NCBI GenBank assembly: GCA_002633005.1 | Contig: NMRA01000576.1 | Location: forward strand, 180,339-244,338 | From: Phoronis australis | Lineage: Eukaryota > Animalia > Phoronida | Reading direction: 5' to 3' | Length of the DNA stretch: 64,000 nucleotides | Shown here: piece after piece, positions 53,876-64,000 of the stretch | Numbering within the stretch: position 1 is the first letter of the stretch | How the letters are laid out: every line of letters starts with the position of its first letter | Made by a program: the position numbers and the translations under genes | The notes under the pieces: model-generated | Told to the model about the DNA's origin: nothing | Seen by the model: the letters and a program-made list of their open reading frames with translations, nothing else | Databases searched by the model: none

Positions 53876-54193
53876 CTTGCATGATGTACATGTGGTATTC
53901 TCCTCCACAAACAAGTTTGCTGTTGCCACCACAAGGTGTAGAACACAACTCCGTGTCCACAAGGTTAGAAGTCTTGATAGACACCATGTTTCCACACCAA
54001 CAATTAATTCCTTTCTCCAAGCCCATGATTGGCATCATTTTATTTCGACACCAAGACTTACAGGCGTTAGGTGTCAAGTCTTCTTTAGAAAAGCCTAATG
54101 TCGTTTCTGCACCACGCCTGAGTAAAGGGATCGGCATGGTAATGGTGCCTTTGCTGTAACATCCTTCAACCACAAGTCTATTAATGTCTTTCG
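53876..54193 (-). CDS. WSC-domain exon, type 3 (gene B)
   Basis: gtttcag| acceptor, G|gtaac donor, phase 1-1, 318 bp open. EGCY...LTPNACKSWC...GLEKGINCWCGN...CSTPCGGNSKLVCGG. Confidence 0.88.
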
Positions 54194-55439
54194 CTGAAAC
54201 AATGCATCGGAGGATATTGAAATATGATGAATTTATTTAATGAACTGGGTGTTACCCAATTAATAGATTCCACCTAGGTTCTTCAATAATGATTTTCAGT
54301 TTCCGAAGAGATGAAGTATTTAAACAAGCAAGGTAACCGAGGGTAAAATCAGCATTATTTTTACACCGCGTATATCATGGAAGTTGGAGTCTTCATGGTG
54401 TTAGTTGGTCGCCAATTTAGTTACAATTTTGTCATTCTGATGCCAAATATTAACAAATAAATGAACAGCAGTTATGGAAATAAAACATTGCTTAGAGTAA
54501 AACAAACTTCACTTGGTTGCATTGATGTTGTCGTGAGCAAGGTCAACGCGTTGGGTCTGCAGTATCTGTTTGTAGTTTACAAGCTAAATCTTTCCGCTTT
54601 CTCGGGGACAGTAATGTTACAATTGATTTGGCAATATCTTTTTGGTTAGTTGTACGCACTTGTAAGTACATCCCAGATGGATTCCGTGGCTACGTACCAT
54701 TGGACTTAAAATATGTTTTTTCCGCCATAGTGTTGACATTTATTTTCCCTGATCTGCGCACTCTGAAACTGTTGATAGTCAGTTTGTATATGTGATGAGG
54801 TTTTCTTGATTAAGTATACGTTTTTATCGGCATTTGGTTTTTGTGCTGCATAATTATAAAATGTAATTTCATAGTCTCTGATCCTTCTTGTTTTAGAAAA
54901 TACATACATTTTTGGTTGAGAGAGTTTAGGTTTTTTGATAGTTGACTTTGAATAAACGTTCTTCAGCAACGTTCAACTACTAATAATCTTGATACTCTCG
55001 TGTTTTTCAAGAGTTATTGGCGTATAAGGGTCGACAATGTCACAATGTTTTTCTTTCGGCCTTGCCTATTAGATTTTTTGTCGTCGTATCAAGACTCAAA
55101 GGCAATTTGGTGTGACCAAGTGAAAAAATCCTTCTAAAGATATGTTCAATACTCTTCACGCAAAGTTCCATGCCTACCTCAGTAAAACATTTTAGGAGAC
55201 CAATTTTTCGTAACTAAACTACGTGGTTTACTGCAGTGAGTTATGGTGAATGTGGTGGAAACGAAAACGAATTGCGGTTTCATTATCTTGCTGCGGTATC
55301 CTAGAGGTTTATATTCCATGGTTTCATCAGTTACTACCCACACCTAACAAGTATGAACAAAAAGCTTAAGACCTAAACTTTGTGATGGCGCATTGAAAAA
55401 ATCTAAAACAAACGTTAAATTGCGTAAACATATACATAC

Positions 55440-55724
55440 CCGAACGCTGGGAGTGCATGAAGTAACCGGATACTTTTCCTTTGCATATCTTACTGTACTT
55501 CCCACGGCAAACTGTCCTGCATTCCCCATCAGAAACTTTTGACTCTCCAAAGAAATCATCTGCGCACCAGCACTCCCGTCCTCTTACTACAGCAGAAAAT
55601 TTCATGGCTAGTGCTCCACACAATGAGCGACAGAATGATTTGTTGTTATTCTTTCCCTCATACATTTTTTTCGCCACTCCATTCTGCGCAAGTTTCCAAC
55701 ACTTGTTCATATCGTTTACATGTT
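55440..55724 (-). CDS. WSC-domain exon, type 2 (gene B)
   Basis: ttttcag| acceptor, G|gtatgt donor, phase 1-1, 285 bp open. HVNDMNKCW...CRSLCG...ECWCADDFFG...ECRTVCRG...MHSQRSG parallels the 29753 exon. Confidence 0.9.
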
Positions 55725-58559
55725 CTGAAAAGATATAGCAAAAAGGTAATAAAGACAAGTTGGACAATTTTAAGTAGACCGGGTGGTCCATGAACCAGAA
55801 GAGCACATCAATCATTTAAGCTACCTTTTTGACATTTCCATTGTGTCCTTATCATCAATGTAGTTGTTCGTACCAAGAGGCCGTGCTTGCGACGTGTGTT
55901 AAATTTTCAGAATAAAGCGAATAGCCTTCGACCAAAGTTTGCCAAACATAGAAGACAGTATTTATAATCAGAACAATAGTAGGTTTAACGCAAATTTCTG
56001 CACGACGTCGCTTTTGCTTGCGATGAATGGACGAGAAAAAGTTTTTTTTTTGAAATTTCAACTTCTGTAAGTGCTTGCGTCAGCACCTGTTAAGATTTAA
56101 CCCAAACTCAAATAGAGATCTGTAAGAATAGGGTCTTACATATGGTTAATCATTTGTTTAACTTAGGCATCATTGTTCTGTTGCCGTGTCTTCCATCAAA
56201 AGTATTGCAAACGCTAACGCGTGCCGCAAACGAATGCACACAGCGGGAAGTTACAAACTCGGCACAAAACTGGCAAGTAATAAACACCCTTGAATATTCC
56301 GCTCCTCTCTGACATTGGCTTGTTGACATTTCGCACATCAACTTAAACTAGATAAACATAAAATTCCCAGCTCATTCAAGCTGTCTCAAATTGTGCAAGC
56401 TCTCGTGTTTGAGAACAAATGGACATAGAAATTGACTATCTGATGAAAATATTCTGTCTGACATTGTTCACAATAGCAAATTTACAAAACATTTCTTTAT
56501 TACATGTATGTTGAGTTATCTTAAAGGAACATATTCACGCAAACAGAATGCTGAAAAAATATGTGACTCAAATTTTAGCTCCACCTAGAATTTAAGACAA
56601 TCATCGAGTGGCAAAGAGGGAGTCCTTGTAGCTCGAAGTGTGCAGTCTAGGCGGGGTTTTTGAATGCAATCAAAGGGAGATACGTTAGATACGATTGCCA
56701 AGGAACATAGACATGTATCAGCGTCTACACCGAGAGTTTTACAGAATTACCTAAGTATTTCGATTCATTTCATTCAAAGATGTTGTTAACCCGTGAATTT
56801 AGTTGGAAAAGCTGATATTGCTGTAGGTATTACATTTATGCAACAACTATAAAATCAGAAGGAAATGGACGAACGTTGTTAGAATCAAACCGGCGTTATA
56901 ATTAAATGTGATATTACTTACACGTATTGGTAAAGCAGTAAATGATTTGGAGCACGATGCTGTTCTTCTGGCTATACATTGCTCAAGGCTGTGGTACTAA
57001 CTACAAATTCGCATGTTTTTGTAAATTTGTCAGGTTGCAACTTATATATTGGGCGCGTGCCCTACACCATACAGAGGGAAGTGCACGACTGAACGTGTTG
57101 GCATTTTGCAATTGTTATGAATGTTTCATGTTTGATCTCTATTATATTAGACATTGCTCATAGTTTCATATCTTAATAACTTAATTTTCCAACGTAATTT
57201 GATGCGTTACTGGACATTATATGCGATTAATGTGAGTCCTCGGGTGGTGGGGTGACCTTTTAAGAAACTGTGATTGACACAGTGGTCCAGTTTTTATTTA
57301 TTTTCCTTTTTTCCATACCAAAAACAAAAACAGGAAAAGTAGTCTAGTGGGAATAAACTTTTTGTGTTATTTGAATATTGTATGATGCACTAACCCACGC
57401 AGTGACTATGAATGATCAGTGAGTCAATATTAGTGGCTTATTGTTCAAGCGAATTGAGTATGCCATGCTGCGATGGAGTCCCCCGGTCATATAAACATCA
57501 CTGTGAACACATGTAGACCGACGCATTTTTTCCACTTATATTCAGGCCACTAAATGGTCTAAGTCTTTACTCACCACGGTTAAGTCTTTCATGGGGCATG
57601 ATTTGGAGTGATGAATTGGTCTACATAACTGTAACACCATATGAGATACAGCAGTTCGTTTGAGCGACAAATACGAGAAATTAAGGACTTTTTTCAAAAC
57701 TCAGTGTATTAGATGCCAAAACAAGGGCTTACTGCACACTCAGATCTAGATGTTGTCTTTATTAGTTTGGCACAGCATCACGCTATGTTACCACAGCCAC
57801 ATGTGCCAAAGTCCTGAGGAAATAGTGAGGTAAGCGTGAGAGAAGCGTGGGAAAAGCGTGAGGAAAGCGTGAGGAAGGCGTTAATGAAACCGGAGTTAAG
57901 TGTGAGTACTGCCAAGAGAGTAGGGGTGATAAGACCTTGGCTGATTTCTCTCACGCTTGCGTTCCGGTTACGCTCCGATCTGGCCACGCGTGAAGCAGGT
58001 AGGGCAAAGTCTAATGATTAAGTGGCTGTACTGTACTTCCGTCGGAAGAATTCCAAAGGTGAATTTAACTGTTATTTGGTTATGGCCAAAATTGTGTTGG
58101 AACTTTACGACCAGTTACGGTACCTACACTAGAAATGACAGCCACTGTAATAGCTGTTATAGCAGTTTTAATCTAGTGAAAGCACTAGAGTTTCGTAAAA
58201 TTAGAACTTTTCTGAACATATAGTCAGATTACACTTGGTTACAGCCAGATCGACGCCAAACGGTTCAGGGTGTTTTTTTGCCAGCCATGTCCTGCAATTT
58301 CGGCATCACAGCGATCCTTTGCACTGGATACACGTTAGCTAAGCCAAAATGCCGACAGATTTGGACTCAAAGGGTCGTTCTGAATGGTTTTCATGCCCTT
58401 CCCTCGCATGATTTTGAAATTTCAGAGGTACATCTCTCTGCCGCGACCATGAAGTTATACGAGTGAAACCACTAGCGACTCAGGACGCACAGTTCCTGCA
58501 GTTTCTTGAATCTGATCGATGTGAAGGGTTTCCTGATTGTAAAGACCCAAAATAGCAAT

Positions 58560-59260
58560 AGCCAATGGTAGACAGTTAAAGAGATCTAGCCCACTACTTC
58601 CGCTGGACCCATTTCTACATGCAGTTGACGTGCCTGCGTAAGTGGTCGAATTAAACATGCTAAAATGTCACGTGAGTTTTAAGCACCCTGTTATTTTGCC
58701 ACGGAAGCATCATATTACCTAATTGCTTATTATACATCATCATGAAGTTCAGCGCCAAGGTCATTGTTTAACTACTAATGGAATACAATCCGTCGGCTAC
58801 TGGGTTATTGACTGTGGTCCTGCTGTTTCACACTTTATACAGAATTGCATTGCTTGGAGGAAGCTCGGGTCTCCCACTTCGGTACAGAAGCTGGCTGATT
58901 TGCTCGAGGACAGATTTGAGCCCTCGCCACCTTTTTACATGTTGTGGAGTTGGTTAATTTGGTTCTTAGTAAGTTAAGAATGGTGGTAACTCAGTTTAAC
59001 GTTGGACACATGTTTTCTGATGGATGTCGTCAAACGCTATCCATAGTGAGCCCTGAAATGATGTTACAACCGATTGATTCATCAATGCATTTACATGTAG
59101 ATGTTTTTCGGCGTTGAGAGCTCCACTTCGATTTTGCGTTCCCACCAAAGAACCAATTTTGTTGGCGCTGTAGATGAGCTTAAGACTGCAATTAACGAAC
59201 TAGGTATCGATCAGACCAAGCACTTTCTAATGAAGAAATGTTGTGATTTCACTCTTTTTA
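58560..59260 (+). mobile_element. Bel/Pao LTR retrotransposon integrase fragment
   Basis: SSPLLPLDPFL, KHPVILPRKHHIT, HHHEV..QG...GYWVI...C..RKL, QKLADL..DRFEPSPPF and RSHQRTNFVGA in the expected order. Frameshifted. Confidence 0.8.
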
Positions 59261-59869
59261 AGATGAACGTTTTTGGGATGCTTGGAATAATTTGAAATTC
59301 AAGTATTTAGTTATCCTTATTCTTGATGTAATGGAACCACGGAAATGTTAATTCTGCAATTGTCATAAATTTAATATCCGTCAGCCAAAAGAGATGAATT
59401 TTCCTTGTTTCAGTAGAACTTGACATTTGAATTCTCAATTCACCTTGACTTTGACCTCGCATCCATAAAGTAATATCATAAATGGACTCTCCTTCCCCAA
59501 AACATTGGAAACCAAAGATTGCAGGATCCTAAGAGTTATCATAATCACAGTCTAAAAATTAGGCGAAAATCAAGATGGCGTAAGTTACTCTTGTTCTCCT
59601 AATCGAAATTTCGAAAAAAAATTTACATTAAAAAACATTGCAGGGTTAAATATTTGTTAACTAGATAAAGGCTAGCCGAGCTCACGGCCCGACTCGTTGT
59701 TCCTGCAAGTTAGTTATTGTTCTATGTTCAGATCAAGTCGAAGTTCTTGTTACAGGGTCGAGGGGGTTGTGGTGGCCGTGGTTCTACTGAGGGGCGTGGA
59801 GTGTGGAGTCGAGGGAGCTTTAGAACAATCTCATTGAAAGAATTCAGACTTTTTCTCCAATTCTAAGTT

Positions 59870-60227
59870 AAAATATCAGAAAAAATTATCAGGTTTTGTT
59901 TGAACTTGGAAGCGCTTTAGAAATTGATTATCTTGCAAGAGTGTTTGCCATTGCAAACCACAGAGTGGCAGTAAAGCTGGCTGTCACGTAAATGTGTTAA
60001 ATAAAGACATATTGTGCACTTTATGCTTATGGGATTGTGTTTGGGACGAATATAACTTGTTGTTAGTTTGCGAAGCTTTTACCGAAATCAGAGTTAAGTT
60101 TCTTAGTGAGAGCTTCTGGACAAATCCAACTTTATTTAAGCTGCTATTTAATCCGGATGCCTCAGTTGTAAAATGTGTATACTATGCATCTAAAAACGGA
60201 ATAGCCTATGAAGTTCTGATTGCGTGA
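59870..60227 (+). mobile_element. 3' fragment of an RTE-X-like non-LTR element
   Basis: NHRVAV...LCTLC...DEYNLLLVCEAF..IR.KFL...NPTLFK matches the C-terminal CCHC knuckle region of such elements. Confidence 0.55.
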
Positions 60228-60317
60228 ATACCACCGAAATGGTCTTGCTTGGTTGTATTTTGGGTCGACGGCAATGTTTACAAATAAAGAAGAAGAAGTA
60301 GAAATAAAACAGCTTAC

Positions 60318-60629
60318 CTTGTACATAAGCTGTAAGCATGATGTAGTTTCTTAGTTTCCTACCACAAAATGGAAACTCGTCGCCTGGACACTTCATTTCA
60401 CATTCCTTTAATTCAACTAGCCCGTATTTTCCGTAAATATCACCACACCAACACTGGTTTCCATTTTGAAGAGCAGCATATCGGTACCACAGAAGTTCAC
60501 AATTAAGCTTGCATAACGAAGGTGAATTTCTTTCGCCCAAGTCAATGAACGTTTTCATGTCTGGCCTTTCCAGGTTGTCGACGAAACATCCTGGTAATTT
60601 TGGTAATTCGTCCGGAAATGTTGATACTG
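60318..60629 (-). CDS. WSC-domain exon, type 1 (gene B)
   Basis: gtttcag| acceptor, G|gtaagc donor, phase 1-1, 312 bp open. GCFVD...CKLNCELLWYRYAALQNGNQCWCGDIYGKYG...CEMKCPGD...CG parallels the 14897 exon. Confidence 0.9.
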
Positions 60630-60994
60630 CTGAAACAATAGTTTCCATTTTACATTGTCCACGTTTAACGCCAGGAATACGTAAGCCTGTTGCTGATTTG
60701 TTACCGTTAGTAATAAATTATGCAAATTTAGTTAGGCTTTCATGTGACAGGGAATGCACCACGCAGAAATTAACAATTGTCAACCAATTTTAGTTGATTA
60801 TGCAAAGAAAAAGCAAAACTCAGTACCCAGGCCATCTAGAGGAAGTACAAAGGTCATTCTATACTTAAATTCGATTAAAAACGTTTATTTAAAATTGCTT
60901 TTAGACTCAACACTAAAGAAATCTACCAGAACAGTGTGCATAGCTGGGAGTCTAACTCTCCCCAATCTAGCGAGATAGCTGAACAATAGCATCA

Positions 60995-61110
60995 AATTAC
61001 ACACACGCACGCACACAAACAGCTTCCGGACATTCAGAAAAACAAGCAGAGACATATTCACACAGACACGCACGGGCACGCACGGACACAAACGCACACT
61101 CACAAACATA
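60995..61110. repeat. Degenerate CA-rich microsatellite
   Basis: acacacacgcacgcacac... tracts. Confidence 0.6.
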
Positions 61111-61111
61111 C

Positions 61112-61184
61112 AGACGATCCCACAGAGTACTACCAATTGGCAAAAACATGAAGAGACAGAAAAAAGGCAGTAGGAAGAAATCAT
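61112..61184 (-). CDS. Probable signal-peptide exon of gene B
   Basis: MISSYCLFSVSSCFCQLVVLCGIV followed by T|gtatgt in phase 1, which joins in frame to the 60629 WSC exon. Confidence 0.45.
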
Positions 61185-61559
61185 GGACGGCAGAGAATAG
61201 TCAATGAGCCAGGTTGGCAACGTTATAAGTCTTTCATGTGAAGGGGAATGCGCCATGCAGAAATTAACAAGGTGTCCTACATTGATTCCAGATTTCAGAA
61301 CATGTTTCTTCCATCGAATGATGCTTGTTTCTTTACACATGAAGTTGAATGGATCCAGCGCCTGGGTGATCATGACTGGATGCACATGAGTGGCACCCTA
61401 GCGGCATCCGGGGCAGTAGGTTAAAATTATTAAAAGGGGTGACAATGCATAATACCAATACTGTTTTTAGGCAAAAACTCGAAGCAAACACAATTGTGTA
61501 ACTGAGGGTCTTTTATTATAATTGTCAATCAGATAGTCAGATTGACTGAAATGTTGCCG

Positions 61560-62876
61560 AATATAAAGACTTGGAACAGTTGCTTAATAAGGAGTGTAGC
61601 AGTTCATTGTACTAAGCCAATAAGCTTCACTGTATCTTGCATTGTTGACACGGACAAAAAGCAAAGGACGCGTTGTTTTACGTTGAAAATAGGCAAGTGA
61701 TGGATCCAGAGAGATTGTCTCCACAATACCGATGGTTCTGAGAAATGTTAAAATTGACGTAGATCTTGCAGGCATCAAGGCTCTGCCGTGGTAGTGACCA
61801 TTTGTAAAACATTGAGCAACCACTTGCAATTGCAGTGAACTGTTTTGAAGCCCATGACCTGGGAAAGAAGCCGATTATACCAAATTTGGCAGGAATGCAT
61901 GAAGCCTGCCCAAGGAAGCAAAAAGACACATGTTCAGAAAGTCATTGTTCCAATGAAGATGTTTAGTTTTGGCATATGTTTCTTGGTGGAAAAATAAAAT
62001 TGCATGCTTTGAGTGGAGTTCTATATGGTGAGTCGTATGAATCCTGACAGATGGAGCACACTGTGATGGGTTCCCTGGGTAAGGTTTCAAAAACTTGCAA
62101 GTTGTTGGCATCAAATTTATCAACGGGTGGCAACGGGCAATCCAAGATCACAATTGGTCACAATTTCAAAATCCTATTAGTATTCATGAAAATTTTTGTT
62201 CTCAATTATGTGTTGTAAAAATTTACATCACGACTGCACTGCTCTATAACTTATCAATCTTGGCGATTTTGCTGTTAAAAGTCATACCATGTAACTGCAC
62301 TAACACATAAACTGAGCCTCCTGTATTGTTCTATGTTTTTGTAAATTATTCTTTTGTTAGTGTGATCTTGTTTATTACTGCACTATCATGTTCCTGGCTT
62401 TTGTTTTCTTTAATATTGGTGTTTTTGTTCGATATGATGTTTTGCTTAAAGGCGAATGCAACATTTGTTTCATGTCATATTTGGCAAAAACCACGTTTTG
62501 TTCATTATTCCAGACATATGTTTCAGTTAAGAACGGATTCCTGCCATTTTATGAATTATTCGCGCCTTACATCTGAAGTGACGTTTACAGTTAAGAATCT
62601 CAATCCATTTTTTGTTACTGCGAGGACGTGCTCCATTGTTGTTTCTGCGGGGATTTTCTAAAATTGTCGTTACCACCTAACGGAACCTATTGAAAGGGAT
62701 GAGGCAGAGACTGAGGACAGACGTGGTAGGACGTCTGGTGGCAAATGTACAGTTTGAACTTTGTTGCTGACCTTAATGGAATACCTACATGTATACTGTT
62801 CCAAATGAATGGTGACCTGAACAACAAAACACTTACATCCCGCTGTGTGACTCCCTTTGCCACATACCTGGCCCAT
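61560..62876 (-). pseudogene. Possible Chapaev/RAG1-N-like transposase relic (Chapa-like zinc motif + RING)
   Basis: QVCG...YSIKVSN..TVH/ICHQ at 62670-62876, then VDKF...CSICQDSYDSPYRT..AC.FIF..NIC (decayed RING) and ASGC. Frames broken. Confidence 0.3.
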
Positions 62877-63225
62877 TCTAAAAAGCCCTAATACTTAAGC
62901 CAAGTCCACAAACAAATTAATGTGGTAGGTTAAAAGCTGTTTAGTTGTTGTTAATACGTGCAGTGTATGCAAGTATGTCGAATGTTAATCAACTTACCTG
63001 TGAACCCTATTTCTTTTTATTTCATTCGGATTAATCGTCTTTAAAAAGTGCTCCCACTTCCCCACAGAACAAAACAATTCTCAACTTCCGCTATCTTTGG
63101 AAATGCGTCACACGAGGGAGGTGACCTGTCCATTTTGACTTTCTAAAACAGCTCTAAGGTGGGGTCGTTATTATTAAAATAATATAATTGGCCTATTTAC
63201 ACCGACCTCTTGTCTATTTACATTG

Positions 63226-63268
63226 TCACGACGTTTCGGTCGGTATATTCTCCGGCCATCGTCAGGTG
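63226..63268 (-). ncRNA. Minimal type I hammerhead ribozyme (Penelope-like element type)
   Basis: Minus strand: cac-CTGACGA-t-ggccgg-agaatata-ccgacc-GAAA-c-GTC-gtg. Intact core, 3-bp stem I (cac/gtg), stem II with one mismatch, and a minimal palindromic stem III. Confidence 0.7.
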
Positions 63269-63449
63269 TTCCCGCGTTCTTAGAAGAACGAGCACGCATA
63301 ATTGGTACACTGATGGTGTGAGTTTTTTGTCCGAGGTAGGATTTGTACCCACGACTTCTAAAACTACAAATAATTTGAGTCCAGCACCTTAACCATTACC
63401 CCAGGGAGTCATCAATTAACTTAAAGGGAAATTTATTATGCATAAACCT

Positions 63450-64000
63450 CCCTAAGTAGACTAAGCCAGGTGTCACTTGGTTGTTTGCTTGGCTAATTGA
63501 AGATATTGCCTTGTACTTTCGTGACGTTTCTTTTGGTCCAACCTGTTTCACTGTCAAATATTCGAATGTTATTCCACAGGATATTGTGTTTTTTGGAGAA
63601 GAGAATTTGCTGAATATAAGAGGTGTTGTACAGAGGGTAATACGTCATCAAGAGTAGCAGAACACATGTGGGCGAAACAACACCATATCCAGTGGAATAA
63701 TATTCTCACTGGCGTATTTAGTGAACAACAAACTGCCCATCTCACTGTGTGTAGAACTGGGCATGTATTTACATCGTTGCAGGGCTCGTTCGAAGCTCTG
63801 GGCTGCAGACAACACCAGAAATGGGCGAAACATTGATAGTCCCTGGGATTGTACGCACTCGGTTTGGATGCACTGGTGACGCTTATTGAAGTACATCAGT
63901 TACTGACATTTTCCGATTCAAATCACACTTCCCTGACGGGGCATTGCAGGAAATCAGCAGTAACAGTACGGCAACCATCCTCGGGCGTTTTTTGCTAGAA
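63450..64000 (-). pseudogene. Decayed LDLa repeats leading into an LRRNT/LRR-like segment
   Basis: Across frames: DFLQCP, PCNDVNTCP..HSEMG, SENIIPLDMV..HMC..LDDV, LCTTP...TISCG, then ISQANNQV. Runs off the window edge. Confidence 0.4.

Noticed and set aside
14897-60629. RAG-type recombination signals flanking the WSC exons
   Set aside because: I saw no consistent heptamer/nonamer or shared flanking motif beyond ordinary splice sites, so somatic rearrangement is unsupported.
60885-61385. 166-aa membrane-protein ORF
   Set aside because: The hydrophobic V/C run comes from the GT microsatellite; only 61112-61184 is retained as a possible leader exon.

Overview
Eukaryotic, intron-rich, repeat-dense DNA, most likely from a marine invertebrate (a mollusc is my inference); there are no prokaryotic operons, rRNA/tRNA genes or CRISPR arrays. 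The backbone is a cluster of paralogous secreted/receptor genes. On + (13.2-39.9 kb) lie a signal-peptide exon, three WSC-domain exons and a ~3 kb exon with CUB-like, two C-type lectin and LDLa modules. On - (61.2-51.2 kb) lies a convergent paralog with the same three WSC types in the same order. Further decayed pieces are a CUB exon (23.2 kb), a WSC exon (48.9 kb) and an LDLa/LRR-like stretch (63.5-64 kb). The module order resembles molluscan GRL101-like LDLa-LRR GPCR ectodomains, but no 7TM region is visible. The most striking pattern is that all six paired WSC exons are open, phase 1-1, with canonical splice sites and all 8 cysteines, while the CUB/CLEC/LDLa exons they lead into are full of stops and frameshifts. 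The rest is transposon debris: a decayed Academ (XPG-type) transposase, a 4 kb TA-flanked TIR element, two Kolobok copies with THAP relics, a SAP/YqaJ relic, Tc1/mariner, RTE-X-like, I-group (11-bp TSD) and Bel/Pao fragments, a possible Chapaev/RAG1-N-like relic, MITEs, and a Penelope-type minimal hammerhead ribozyme. All alignments and translations outside the ORF track were done by eye.
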